Shown one piece after another: positions 29,955-39,537 of a DNA stretch of 49,982 nucleotides (the stretch's first letter is position 1; each line of letters starts with the position of its first letter). The position numbers were made by a program, and so were the translations under genes. The stretch is from assembly GCA_013003285.1 (NCBI GenBank), contig JABDJY010000487.1, positions 1-49,982 on the forward strand, written 5' to 3'. The notes beneath the pieces were generated by a model, which saw only the letters and a program-made list of their open reading frames with translations, did no database searches and had not been told where the DNA came from. The stretch comes from Alphaproteobacteria bacterium (GTDB taxonomy: Bacteria > Pseudomonadota > Alphaproteobacteria > UBA6615).

Positions 29955-30848
29955 TCACGCCGTATCGTTCGGTAACTCGCGATGGCGTACATCGACGCGC
30001 GTGGCGCGTTTGCCCACCCAGTCCCCGAGTTTCTCGGCGATAAAAACCGAGCGGTGGCGGCCGCCGGTGCAACCGACGGCGATGGTGACGTAACTCTTGC
30101 CTTCCTCTTGGAAGCGCGGCAGCAGCAGCGCCAACAGATCGGTCAGCCGGTCGAAAAATGCGGCAAAGTCCACATCGCCCTCCACATAGGCACCGACTTC
30201 TGGATCGCGGCCGGTCAAGGGGCGTAGATCGGGGTCGTAGTGGGGGTTGCGCAGGAACCGGGCATCGAACACCAGATCCGCATCGCGCGGCACGCCGTTG
30301 CGGTAGGCAAATGAGATGATTTGCACATGGGGCCCCGCCGCCGACGCATTGGCCAGTTGGCTGTGCAGGATGCGGGCGAACTCGTGGATATTGGTATGAC
30401 TGGTGTCGATGACGATATCCGCGGCTTCGCGCAAGGGCGCCAACAGGTTTCGCTCGGCGATAATGCCGTCGGTCAGGGGCCGGTCGTTGGCCATGGGATG
30501 CACCCGGCGGGTTTCGGTATAACGCCGCCGCAGCTCATCGGAATCGCAATCGAGAAACAGGATATCGATGGGGATCGAGGTTTGTTGGCGCAGTGCGGCG
30601 ACGGTGTCGGTGAAGGCGCCGACGTCGAAATCGCGGGTGCGAATATCAAAACCGACGGCCAACCCCCGTCCCGTCGCCGGTCCCTGGCTGACCAGCGTGG
30701 CCATCAGGCGGAGCGGCAGATTATCAACCGCCTCGCTGCCTAAATCCTCCAACACTTTCAGCGCTGTTGTCCGCCCGGCGCCCGACATGCCGGTCACCAG
30801 GATTACCCGGTCGGCCAAACTGCCCGTCGCTGCGCTGTCATCACTCAT
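29955..30848 (-). CDS. rapZ: RNase adapter / nucleotide-binding protein RapZ (YhbJ)
   Basis: P-loop GMSGAGRTTALKVLEDLG, and ..IAVGCTGGRHRSV.. typical of RapZ. 297 aa. Confidence 0.9.
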   Translation of the reverse strand: MSDDSAATGSLADRVILVTGMSGAGRTTALKVLEDLGSEAVDNLPLRLMATLVSQGPATGRGLAVGFDIRTRDFDVGAFTDTVAALRQQTSIPIDILFLDCDSDELRRRYTETRRVHPMANDRPLTDGIIAERNLLAPLREAADIVIDTSHTNIHEFARILHSQLANASAAGPHVQIISFAYRNGVPRDADLVFDARFLRNPHYDPDLRPLTGRDPEVGAYVEGDVDFAAFFDRLTDLLALLLPRFQEEGKSYVTIAVGCTGGRHRSVFIAEKLGDWVGKRATRVDVRHRELPNDTA

Positions 30849-30898
30849 GACAGGGCCGGTTGGGCTGAGATGTCGGCTGCCGGTCTGCCATAGAGGGG

Positions 30899-31912
30899 CT
30901 AGGCGGCGTCCGCGGGCATGTCCATGCCCAGGATACGGCAGGCATTGCCGCCGATGATGGCGCGTTTCTCATCCTCGCTCAGCCAGTCGTAGCCCATGAC
31001 ATTCTGCACCGGCTTCTCGTGCCCCATATCGAAGCAATAGTCGCTACCCAGCAACACCCGGTCGACGCCCACCAGATCGGTCAGATATTTCATGACGAAA
31101 TTGGCGTGGCCGATCGTGTCGTAGGTGAAGCGGCGCAGATAGGTCGAGGGCGCGTTTTCCAGATGCTTGCATTCCTCGCGCTTGGTCCAGGCATGGTCGA
31201 TGCGCCCGATGAGGATCGGGAAGGTGCCGCCGGCATGTGGCAGATTGACCTCCAGATTGGGGTGCCGGTCGAGGATGCCGCCGAAGATCAGGAATGTTGC
31301 GGCGACGGCGGAATCGGTCGGGTTTCCGATGGTGTTGATGGTGTGATAGTCGGTCAGCCGGTCGGCGCCGAGCACGTTGGACGGGTGCAGGAAGATCGGC
31401 AGTTTCAGTTCCGCCACCTTGTCGAAGATCGCCTCGAAGCGCGGCTCCGACAGGTTATGACCGGCCACGTTGGTGCCCATATAAACGCCGCGCGCGCCGG
31501 GTAGTTTCGCCGCCCGCTCCAATTCGGCGACCGCGTCGTCGGCATTGAGCATGGGTAGGGTGATCAGGCCGATGAAGCGGTCGGGATGGGCCACATGAAA
31601 TGCTGACGTGCCGTCATTATAAGCCTGCGCCAAATCCAAATTGAGGCTGTCATCGGCGAAGTGGCACATGGGGTTGGTCAGCGACAGGGCGTGCAGATCG
31701 GTTTCCTGTCGGTCCAGGCCCTCAAGGCGGGCATCGATATCGAAATAGCTCGGGTCGAGCGGGCCGATTCTACGCTTACCGTTGGGCGGGACCATGGTCA
31801 CCGACCCGTCGCTGCCATGCTCAATGGACCAGCCGACCACATGGCCGTGCTTTTCCAACACCTCGACATAGCCGCGTGTAAAAAAATGAGCATGAATATC
31901 GACCGAGTACAT
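30899..31912 (-). CDS. amidohydrolase-2 (ACMSD/LigW/LigJ-type metal-dependent decarboxylase or hydratase)
   Basis: MYSVDIHAHFF (HxH at the N-terminus), ..NPTDSAVAATFLIFGGILDRHPNLEVNLPHAGG.., ..LLGSDY.. ORF 30899-31978 trimmed to ATG 31912 because family members begin at the HxH strand. Confidence 0.8.
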   Translation of the reverse strand: MYSVDIHAHFFTRGYVEVLEKHGHVVGWSIEHGSDGSVTMVPPNGKRRIGPLDPSYFDIDARLEGLDRQETDLHALSLTNPMCHFADDSLNLDLAQAYNDGTSAFHVAHPDRFIGLITLPMLNADDAVAELERAAKLPGARGVYMGTNVAGHNLSEPRFEAIFDKVAELKLPIFLHPSNVLGADRLTDYHTINTIGNPTDSAVAATFLIFGGILDRHPNLEVNLPHAGGTFPILIGRIDHAWTKREECKHLENAPSTYLRRFTYDTIGHANFVMKYLTDLVGVDRVLLGSDYCFDMGHEKPVQNVMGYDWLSEDEKRAIIGGNACRILGMDMPADAA

Positions 31913-32071
31913 TTGTAATTCTCCCGAAAATTTTCGCCACGGTTTCTCGGAGGCGATTAATTGGGCGGCCGTCCCCACGGCCGCAACATTCGCTTTAGCG
32001 TATCCTACGGAATTTGCCCCAGCGTCAACACCTATCGATAAGGCCGCGCTATAAGTGCGCCTTTAGTTGCT

Positions 32072-32085
32072 GACTTATATAAGAC
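32072..32085. promoter_or_regulatory. candidate HutC/GntR operator GACTTATATAAGAC (13/14 match to the palindrome at 41273)
   Basis: Lies in the 260-nt divergent spacer between the amidohydrolase (31912, minus) and the Gfo/Idh/MocA-gntR-HIBADH unit (32173, plus). Has the GT-N10-AC dyad architecture. Confidence 0.5.
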
Positions 32086-32172
32086 CAGATACGATCCGGC
32101 CACGCGCATAGAGCGCGCAACGATCACAACAAACCGGCGCCATCGCCGGTATCAGGGAGCAGTAGAGGGACC

Positions 32173-33294
32173 ATGGTGGGCGAACGTAACGAAATTGGTT
32201 TGGCGATAATCGGCTGTGGCACCATCGGGCGGATTCGCGCCGAAATTGCGCGCGATTATCCCGGTGTCGGCTGGCTCGGCCTGTGCGATATCAAGGAAGA
32301 TTTAGGCAAGAAACTCGCCGAGGATACCGGCGCCGATTTCTTTACCACCAATTACGAAGAGCTGATCAAGCGGCCCGAGGTCAACGCGGTCATCATCTCG
32401 ACCGACGAGAACCACCACATGATGCCGACCCTGGCGGCGGTCGAGCAGGGACACAAGCTGTTCATCGAAAAGCCCCTGGCCACCGACGTTAAGGAATCGC
32501 AGCGGGTCTTGGACGCCATCGAGGCCGCCGGCATCGACGCGGTCATCGGTTATACCAACCGTTTCCGGCGGCGTTTTCTCGCTATCAAGGAGCGCCTCAA
32601 TAGCGGGCAAATCGGCCAAGTGACCGGCGTGGTCACGCGGGCGATCATGAACCGCATGGTGCCGATCGCCACCGTGCAACGGACCAATCAGCGCGAGAAC
32701 CTCACCCCCATGGTGGTGTCGGGCACCCACGCGCTGGATATGTCCATGTGGCTGATGGAGGGCAAATCGCCGGTCTCGATCTACGCCCGCTCCAACGATC
32801 TGGCGCTGTCGCAATACGGCACCAAGGATTCGACCTTCGGTCTGTTCATGATGGATGACGACACCATGTTCTCCATGAACATAAGCTGGGCGGCGCCCGT
32901 GGTGTGGCCCGGGGCGGTCTATGGGCTGGAAATCGGCATCATCGGCAATAAGGGGGTGATCGATATCGAAGACACCCACCGCGACCTGATCCTTGCCACC
33001 GAGGTGCCCCAGGGCGGCGGCTATGTGCCCGATGGATTTACCCCGGAATATCAGCGCCATGTGGATTTCCTGACCTCTTACCCGGCGGGCGATACCTATG
33101 ACGGTCAGTTTTGGGGTCCCATGCGCGAAGAAACCAACTCCTGGTTTCAGCGCCTCTATACCGGTATGCGCACGCCCCACGCGACCGCGGCCGAAGGCCA
33201 TCGGAATTTGCTGCTGACCATGGCTATGGATCTGTCTTCGGCCCGTGGCGAGGAATTGAAACTGCCCCTCGATCTCGACGAGTATTACCGCTAA
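32173..33294 (+). CDS. Gfo/Idh/MocA family oxidoreductase
   Basis: N-terminal Rossmann LAIIGCGTIGRIRA, the EKP motif (LFIEKPLA), 373 aa. Confidence 0.85.
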   Translation: MVGERNEIGLAIIGCGTIGRIRAEIARDYPGVGWLGLCDIKEDLGKKLAEDTGADFFTTNYEELIKRPEVNAVIISTDENHHMMPTLAAVEQGHKLFIEKPLATDVKESQRVLDAIEAAGIDAVIGYTNRFRRRFLAIKERLNSGQIGQVTGVVTRAIMNRMVPIATVQRTNQRENLTPMVVSGTHALDMSMWLMEGKSPVSIYARSNDLALSQYGTKDSTFGLFMMDDDTMFSMNISWAAPVVWPGAVYGLEIGIIGNKGVIDIEDTHRDLILATEVPQGGGYVPDGFTPEYQRHVDFLTSYPAGDTYDGQFWGPMREETNSWFQRLYTGMRTPHATAAEGHRNLLLTMAMDLSSARGEELKLPLDLDEYYR

Positions 33295-33328
33295 GCCTGG
33301 ACGTTCAAGCCGACAAGGCAATTGCACG

Positions 33329-34102
33329 ATGGCTAAAGCCACCACGAAAAAAACAGCAGCTGGGAAAATAACCGGCGTGAGCAAACGCGCGCCGGGCGCG
33401 TCGGTCCCGCTCTATGCGCAAGTCGAAGAGATTATTCGCCAACGGCTGATCGACAATTATTGGAACCCCGGCGAAGCGCTGCCCAGCGAGATCCAACTCG
33501 CCGCCGAGCTTGGTGTGAGCCAGGGCACCGTGCGCAAGGCGCTCAACGATATGGTGGCGGAGAATTTGCTGGTGCGCCGGCAAGGCCGCGGTACCTTCGT
33601 GTCGGAACATACCGAGCGGCGCGCGCTATTTCTGTTCTTTAACCTGATCGGTGAAGACGGCTCGCGCACCATGCCGGTAAGCCAGGTGAAAGCGTGCGAG
33701 CATCGCAAGGCGACGGCGGAAGAACGCGACCGCCTGAACCTCGCCAAGGGCGCCGAGGTTATTACCGTCCAACGGGTGCGCTCACTGCGCGGCGAGCCGA
33801 CGATCGTCGACCGGGTGACCGTGTCACGCGCGCTGTTTCCCGATCTTGGCGGTGACGTCAAATTGCCGGAAAATCTCTATCGCTTCTATCAAGGCGAATA
33901 CGGCATCACCATCACCAAGGCGCAAGAGCAGGTGCGCGCCGTGTCCGCCACGCCCGAAGAGGCACAATTGCTTGGCCTCGAAACCGGCGCGCCGCTGTTG
34001 GAGATCGACCGTATTTCGCTGTCGCTCGACGCCCGACCGGTGGAGTGGCGGGTGAGCCGGTGCAATACCAGCCAACACACTTATGTAGCCGAGCGCGGCT
34101 AA
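33329..34102 (+). CDS. GntR-family transcriptional regulator, HutC subfamily (UTRA effector domain)
   Basis: wHTH LPSEIQLAAELGVSQGTVRKALNDMVAENLLVRRQGRGTFV, followed by an about-150-aa UTRA-like C-terminal domain. Confidence 0.9.
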   Translation: MAKATTKKTAAGKITGVSKRAPGASVPLYAQVEEIIRQRLIDNYWNPGEALPSEIQLAAELGVSQGTVRKALNDMVAENLLVRRQGRGTFVSEHTERRALFLFFNLIGEDGSRTMPVSQVKACEHRKATAEERDRLNLAKGAEVITVQRVRSLRGEPTIVDRVTVSRALFPDLGGDVKLPENLYRFYQGEYGITITKAQEQVRAVSATPEEAQLLGLETGAPLLEIDRISLSLDARPVEWRVSRCNTSQHTYVAERG

Positions 34103-34156
34103 TCCCCGCCTTCGGATCTTCTTATTCTATCGCTCAATTAATGCGGAGTTTTGCTT

Positions 34157-35050
34157 ATGACTAAAGTACAAGCGGGCGTTGTCGGCCTGGGAAATATGGG
34201 TGGTGGCGTCGCCAAAAACCTCATCGAGGCCGGCATTTCCACCGGCGTTTGGGACGTATCGGACGACGCCATGGCGAAGTTCAAGGATCGAGAGAACGCC
34301 ACCCTCATGACCCCCGGCGAGATGGCCGCGGATGGCGCCACCATCCTCTATGTGGTGCCGGCAACACCGGAGATCGAGGAGACCCTGAACGGACAGGACG
34401 GCGTGTTGGCCAAGTCCGCGCCCGGCACCGTGGTGTTCGATCTAACCACCTCGTTCCCCGATGATACGCGGCGCGTGGCCGCGGAAGCCGCCGAGGCCGG
34501 GGTCGCTTATCTCGATGCGGCCATGAGCGGCGGCGCCACCGGCGCCGACAGCGGTACGCTGACACTGATGGTTGGCGGCGATAAAGAAGTGTTCGAGAAA
34601 TCCAAGCCGATCCTCGAGGCTGTCGCCAAGAGCATATACTATCTCGGCCCCATCGGCGCAGGTCACGCCATGAAGCTGATCCACAATATGGTGGTGCACA
34701 CCATCTTCCTGACCAACTGCGAGGCCGGCCGCATGGCCGAGGGGGCGGGTATCGCGCTGGCCGACATGGTCGAGGTGTTCAACAATTCCAACGCGCGCAG
34801 CTATTCCAGCGAGTTTCGCTTTCCCCAGCATATTCTGTCGGAAAAATGGAATGCGCGCTCGCGGGTCTACAACCTCAACAAGGATCTCGGCATGGCGGTG
34901 CGGTTCGCCGAATCCATGGACATCGATGCGCGTTACGCCAAGGAGACCTTGAACTTTCTCGGCCACGCCATCGATCGCGGCATGGCGGAAAAGGATTACA
35001 GCCTGCTCTATCCGGAATTCGACGCCATCCGCGCCGAGGAGCAAGATTAA
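34157..35050 (+). CDS. NAD(P)-dependent beta-hydroxyacid dehydrogenase (3-hydroxyisobutyrate / tartronate semialdehyde reductase-like)
   Basis: GVVGLGNMGGGVAKNL, ..DAAMSGG.., GAGHAMKLIHN. ATG 34157 has GGAG 8 nt upstream. Confidence 0.85.
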   Translation: MTKVQAGVVGLGNMGGGVAKNLIEAGISTGVWDVSDDAMAKFKDRENATLMTPGEMAADGATILYVVPATPEIEETLNGQDGVLAKSAPGTVVFDLTTSFPDDTRRVAAEAAEAGVAYLDAAMSGGATGADSGTLTLMVGGDKEVFEKSKPILEAVAKSIYYLGPIGAGHAMKLIHNMVVHTIFLTNCEAGRMAEGAGIALADMVEVFNNSNARSYSSEFRFPQHILSEKWNARSRVYNLNKDLGMAVRFAESMDIDARYAKETLNFLGHAIDRGMAEKDYSLLYPEFDAIRAEEQD

Positions 35051-35051
35051 G

Positions 35052-35073
35052 CCCTCTTCCGCCGGGAGAGGGG
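35052..35073. terminator. 9-bp GC-rich hairpin filling the 24-nt gap between two convergent genes
   Basis: CCCTCTTCC-GCC-GGGAGAGGG, followed on the plus strand by GCTAGCTTTTCGG. The same CCCTCTCC/GGAGAGGG arms recur at 44447-44467. Confidence 0.5.
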
Positions 35074-35074
35074 G

Positions 35075-35998
35075 CTAGCTTTTCGGCAGGAACTCGAAGA
35101 GTTGGTCGCGGAAGCGGCCGACCGTGGCTTCGACGATGGGCTGTACCGCCGCGGCGAATTCGGCCCGCTCGTCCTCGCTCAAGGTGATTACTTCGTTATG
35201 GGCTGGATCGAATTTCGCGATCACCGACGTTTCCTCGGTCGCGGCGAATTCGCGCTGCGCGGCGGTGGCGGTTGCCAGTGCGGTATCGACTGCCATACGC
35301 ACCTCGGCCGGCCATCCGTCATAGGTTTGCTTGTGGCACAGAACCACGGCCGGGCCAAAGAAGTGGCCCGACAGGGTGATGTAGCGGTGATGCTCGGCGA
35401 TGCCCATATTGTAGGTGTTGGAAATGGCGTTCTCCTGCGCATCAACGGCGCCCGAAGCCACCGCGGGCGCCAGGTCTTTGACGTCGTAGAAGACGGGTTC
35501 GAACCCCAGGGCCGAGAAGGACTGCATGTAGAGATCGCTTTTTAGCGTGCGGATTTTCAGCCCGGCGCAGTCCGCCGGGCGGCGGATAGGGCGTACGCTG
35601 TTGGAGAGATGACGAAAGGCGTTGTCCCACCAGGAGACCACGCGGAAGTCGGCGACCTCGTCGATCCGATCGGCCAAGTACTGACACAAGGGACCGTCGA
35701 GCATGGCATAGGCCTGCGCCCGATCGCGAATGGCGAAGGGGAGGTCGAGCAGCGCGAATTCGGGCACCCGGTCGGCGAGATAGCTCGAGGCGAAATAACA
35801 AAATGTCATCTCGCCGCTGGTCACCATGTCGAGCAGATCGACGGCATTGTGCCCTTGGGCTGTGACGTCGGGGACAAGCTCGAAGGCCAAATCGTCGCCG
35901 AGGGCCTGCGCCAGCGTGTCGCCAAACACCGTTGCCGCCCGGTTATGCACCGAGAAGGCTCCCTGATAGCCGCCGAAGCGGATGTCGATGCTCGCCAA
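35075..35998 (-). CDS. DctP-family (TRAP-type) solute-binding-protein homologue without a signal peptide
   Basis: Starts (TTG) ASIDIRFGGYQG.., directly at the first beta-strand of the SBP fold. Conserved ..WDNAFRHLSN..P.DCAGLKIRT.. (carboxylate-binding Arg context) and ..DAQEN.. motifs. No room remains for an upstream signal sequence, as the preceding gene stops at 36011. Confidence 0.7.
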   Translation of the reverse strand: MASIDIRFGGYQGAFSVHNRAATVFGDTLAQALGDDLAFELVPDVTAQGHNAVDLLDMVTSGEMTFCYFASSYLADRVPEFALLDLPFAIRDRAQAYAMLDGPLCQYLADRIDEVADFRVVSWWDNAFRHLSNSVRPIRRPADCAGLKIRTLKSDLYMQSFSALGFEPVFYDVKDLAPAVASGAVDAQENAISNTYNMGIAEHHRYITLSGHFFGPAVVLCHKQTYDGWPAEVRMAVDTALATATAAQREFAATEETSVIAKFDPAHNEVITLSEDERAEFAAAVQPIVEATVGRFRDQLFEFLPKS

Positions 35999-36010
35999 GC
36001 CCCTAGCCTT

Positions 36011-36754
36011 CTATTCGACCGGTGGCCAGATACGCTGCCCGACGGTGGGCGAGCCCGGCGTATGCATGGTGTAGCGCACCAGCTTGCCCGACCATTCATT
36101 TTCATCCAGCGCTTCCGACTCGTGGCCGATTTCGAAATGTTCGAGCCGCGCCTCGAGCGAGGTGAACTCGTAAAGCACGGAATATTTCGCCCAACCGGCG
36201 GCCGACAGCATCACCCTTGCGGCGATACAGCCCGGCATTTTCGCCATGGCCGGCAGACGGTATTGCGCATACCAGGGGCCGACATCGAATTCGTTCTCCA
36301 GATTGGCGGTGCGGAAGCTGCCCATCTGGATCGCCGGTCCGGGGGTGGTTCCCGCCGGCCGCAAGGCCATTTCCGGGCCATCGACACGCGCGAATGTGGA
36401 GAAAATGCACGGCCGCACGCCCTGGCGCATATCGAGCATTTTTCGCGCGGTCCCGGTCAGTGCCGCCTGTTCGTCGACCACGCTGGGTGCCATCAGGGTC
36501 CACACTTCCGCCGCCCCGGCCAGCATGAGAAATTGGGTGCCGGTGCCGACGCCCTCCATGCCGACGGATTCGGGGAATTGTTCACGCACCCGTTTCATGT
36601 CATCGCCGCCGACCGTGTCCTGGTAGTGCGCCGCCCAGGCGATGCCCGGTTTTGCCTGCAGTGCCGGTAAATAGTCGCTGTGCAGCCAATCGAGATACTC
36701 GTCACGCCCGTCTTCTGGCAGGTCGTACCAGGTTGCCCAAATTGCTTGATCCAT
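36011..36754 (-). CDS. hypothetical protein, apparent tandem dimeric-alpha/beta-barrel (EthD/Dabb-like) domains
   Basis: 247 aa. The N-terminal half (WATWYDLPEDGRDEYLDWLHSDYLPALQAKPGIAWAAHY) and the C-terminal half (..FDVGPWYAQYRLPAMAKMPGCIAARVMLS..YSVLYEF) share the same pattern. The fold assignment is my reading, not a search result. Confidence 0.45.
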   Translation of the reverse strand: MDQAIWATWYDLPEDGRDEYLDWLHSDYLPALQAKPGIAWAAHYQDTVGGDDMKRVREQFPESVGMEGVGTGTQFLMLAGAAEVWTLMAPSVVDEQAALTGTARKMLDMRQGVRPCIFSTFARVDGPEMALRPAGTTPGPAIQMGSFRTANLENEFDVGPWYAQYRLPAMAKMPGCIAARVMLSAAGWAKYSVLYEFTSLEARLEHFEIGHESEALDENEWSGKLVRYTMHTPGSPTVGQRIWPPVE

Positions 36755-36856
36755 CTCTCAGAGTCCTCCCCAGAACCGTTCGCAGATTTTCACAAAAAGA
36801 TAGGCGGCAACCCCCTGTTGGGATTACCGCCTATCAGCTTAACAAATTTTCGGCGA

Positions 36857-37813
36857 TTAGCCTTTGGTCATGGCCTCAACCAACTCTTTATATGTGTCGC
36901 TTTGGACCGGGCGGAGTTTTTCATATTCCGCGCCGTCCATCAGGTTGGTGTCTTCACCCAAACGGCTCATCATGCGCTGGTAGGTCTTGTCTTCCTGCAT
37001 TTTGGCGAAAGCCTCACGCAGTTTGGCGAGACGGTCGGCCGGAATGCCCCGCGGCGCCATGACGATGCGGTGCATCTCACCGAGTTCGCTGGGGAAGCCG
37101 ATGGACTTGAATGTCGGCGGGCTGCCGACCACCGGCTCGTCGTTCACGCAGGCCAGGGTACGCACGGCGTCGCCTTGACCGGCGATCGTCGAGGGCAGTT
37201 GCACGGTGAAGTCCGCGTCGCCGGCGAGTAGCGCCCGCAGCGAGGGGCCGCCGCCGCGATACGGCGTCATGTTGGCATTGACCTTGGCCCATTGGAGCAA
37301 CCGCGCGCCCGGAACCATACCCGCACCCCATTGACCGGAATGGGCGAATTCGAGCTTACCGGGATTGGCTCTGCCGAATTCGAGCAAACCGTTAATGTCT
37401 TTGTGCGGTGAATCCGCCCGTACGATGAGGCAGAAACGCGCCGAATTGAGCCGCGCCACGGTGACGAAATCCTTCGTCGTGTCGTAGGGCAGATCCTTGA
37501 CGTGCTGCTGGAGCTGATCGAAATAGTTATGGCTGAACAGCAAGGTGTAGCCATCGGCCGGCGCCGTCGCGGCGGCGGCGGTCCCGGTCTGGCCACTGGC
37601 GCCCGGCATCAACTTCACGATCATCGCCTGGTCGAGATATTGCGGGATGATCGACGTGAACACGCGCGAGTTCAAATCGTGCGATCCGCCGGCGCCAAGC
37701 GGCAGGATCAAGGTGATTGGCTTGTTCGGGAAATCTTGCGCCATCGCGCCGCCGACACTCAAACCGAGCATCAGTGCAGCCGAGGACACCATCTTCATAA
37801 GGTTCATTCGCAT
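36857..37813 (-). CDS. tctC: tripartite tricarboxylate transporter substrate-binding protein (TctC/Bug family)
   Basis: Signal peptide ..GLSVGGAMAQ, then DFPNKPITLILPLGAGGSHDLNSR, typical of the Bug family. Confidence 0.9.
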   Translation of the reverse strand: MRMNLMKMVSSAALMLGLSVGGAMAQDFPNKPITLILPLGAGGSHDLNSRVFTSIIPQYLDQAMIVKLMPGASGQTGTAAAATAPADGYTLLFSHNYFDQLQQHVKDLPYDTTKDFVTVARLNSARFCLIVRADSPHKDINGLLEFGRANPGKLEFAHSGQWGAGMVPGARLLQWAKVNANMTPYRGGGPSLRALLAGDADFTVQLPSTIAGQGDAVRTLACVNDEPVVGSPPTFKSIGFPSELGEMHRIVMAPRGIPADRLAKLREAFAKMQEDKTYQRMMSRLGEDTNLMDGAEYEKLRPVQSDTYKELVEAMTKG

Positions 37814-37890
37814 GAATTCCTCCCTAGAGTGAGTTGAAAAACTTTGGCCGATCGCTGGTTTCTAACTGCCACAGTCCCGATCGGTCAAAA

Positions 37891-37904
37891 CTCTTGTATA
37901 AGAC
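37891..37904. promoter_or_regulatory. degenerate copy of the palindrome (CTCTTGTATAAGAC, 12/14) in the tctA-tctC spacer
   Basis: 78 nt upstream of the tctC start, inside an unusually long (147-nt) intra-operon gap. Confidence 0.3.
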
Positions 37905-37960
37905 TGTAACAACGACACCATTGTGCCGAGGGAATGTCAAGAATCGTGGTGCGTACGCCG

Positions 37961-39499
37961 TCACTCCTCTTGGCCGGTCATCGCCAAACTTTCGCGTCGC
38001 AATTTTGTCGATCGGCGCCACAGATACCAGGCGATGAGCGGTGTTAGCACCAAAATGACCACGGTTATCGGCCGGTCGAACAGGATGTAGCCGGCGAGAT
38101 TTCCCTTCGACAGGCTAATCGTCTGGCTCAGCGCGCGCTCGATTTCAGGGCCTAAGATGAAGGCCATGGCCAGCGGTGCGACATCGAAATGATATTTGCG
38201 CAAGATATAACCGATGGCGCCGAAAATCCCCAGAATGTAGAGGTCGGTCGGGTTGTTGCGCACGGCGAAGACGCCGGCGAAGGCGAACATGATGGTCAGC
38301 GGCATGAGCAGTGACTTGGGAATGCGCACGACCCGCGCAAATAGCGGGATCGACAGATAGCCCACGATCAAGAACAACACATTGGCCAACACCATCGCCA
38401 GCAGGATGGCGAATACTTGGGGTCCCTGTTCCGCCATCAATTGCGGTCCCGGCCGCATGCCGACGGCGACGAAGGCGCCGAGCAGGATCGCGGTAATGTT
38501 ATCGCCGGGAATACCGAAGGTCAGCATGGGCACCAGGGTGGGACCGTTGACGGCGTTGTTGGCCGCTTCCGCCGCGGCGACCCCCTCGAGCTCGCCCTTG
38601 CCGAATTTCTCCGGGTGCTTCGAGGCGTTCTTCGCCGCTGCGTAGCCGACGAAGGCGGCGACCACCTGGCCGACGCCGGGGATGATGCCGATCGATGTGC
38701 CGATCGCCGTCGAGCGCATAATGGTGCGTCCACAGGCGCGAAACTCTGACCATTTGAGCCTTTCGCCTTCGCGGACCTTCAGCTTGGCGTCGATATAGGC
38801 CGAGGCCTTCTTTTCGATATTGAGCAACAGTTCCGACAAGGCGAACAGGCCGATCAGCATCGGCAACAGGCTGATGCCGGAGCGCAACTCGAAAACGCCG
38901 AAGGTAAAGCGCGACAGGGCGCCGATCGGGTCCTGGCCGATCATGGCGATAAACAGGCCCAGCACCATCACCAACAGGCCCTTCACGAAGGCGCCCGAGC
39001 CGGTCGCCGAGATGACGATCAGGCTGAGAAACAAGACCGCGCCCAGTTCCGGCGGGCCGATTTTGAGCGCGATCAAGGCAATCGGAATGATCATGAAAAT
39101 GGTGAAAATGTCGCTGGTAAGGTCGCCGGCGACCGAGGAAAACAGCGCCATCTCCAGCGCTTTGCGTCCTTTGCCTTGGCGGGTCAGTGCCGGGCCGTCG
39201 AAGGTCGTCGCCACGGCCGCGCCCGTGCCGGGCATAGAGACCAGGATCGCCGGTATGCTGCCGCCGTAAATGCCCCCCTTATAGATGCCCAGCAGGAACG
39301 GGATGCCGAAGATCGGTTCCAGGAAGAAGACGATGGGCAGCAGGATTGCCATTGCCGTCAGGGTCGTCAGGCCGGGCAACGCGCCCACGAACATGCCGAG
39401 CAAAAGGCCGCCGATCATGTACAGGATGGTGATGAATAGGGTTGCCGGATTGAATAGGATCGCGGCGCCCTGGCCCATCGAGATAAATAAGTCTTCCAT
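37961..39499 (-). CDS. tctA: tripartite tricarboxylate transporter large permease
   Basis: 512 aa, about 12 TM helices, typical TctA sequence (..GALPGLT.., ..GIIPGVG.., ..FGIPGD..). Confidence 0.9.
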   Translation of the reverse strand: MEDLFISMGQGAAILFNPATLFITILYMIGGLLLGMFVGALPGLTTLTAMAILLPIVFFLEPIFGIPFLLGIYKGGIYGGSIPAILVSMPGTGAAVATTFDGPALTRQGKGRKALEMALFSSVAGDLTSDIFTIFMIIPIALIALKIGPPELGAVLFLSLIVISATGSGAFVKGLLVMVLGLFIAMIGQDPIGALSRFTFGVFELRSGISLLPMLIGLFALSELLLNIEKKASAYIDAKLKVREGERLKWSEFRACGRTIMRSTAIGTSIGIIPGVGQVVAAFVGYAAAKNASKHPEKFGKGELEGVAAAEAANNAVNGPTLVPMLTFGIPGDNITAILLGAFVAVGMRPGPQLMAEQGPQVFAILLAMVLANVLFLIVGYLSIPLFARVVRIPKSLLMPLTIMFAFAGVFAVRNNPTDLYILGIFGAIGYILRKYHFDVAPLAMAFILGPEIERALSQTISLSKGNLAGYILFDRPITVVILVLTPLIAWYLWRRSTKLRRESLAMTGQEE

Positions 39500-39537
39500 T
39501 GCCTATTCGCCTCTACACCGGGTACGCGGGCGCGCGC

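Noticed and set aside
37824-38037. Small ORFs (65 and 67 aa) on both strands in the tctA-tctC spacer.
   Set aside because: They have no SD and no recognisable features, and they overlap the 3' end of tctA. The spacer is better explained as a regulatory region carrying the degenerate palindrome copy.
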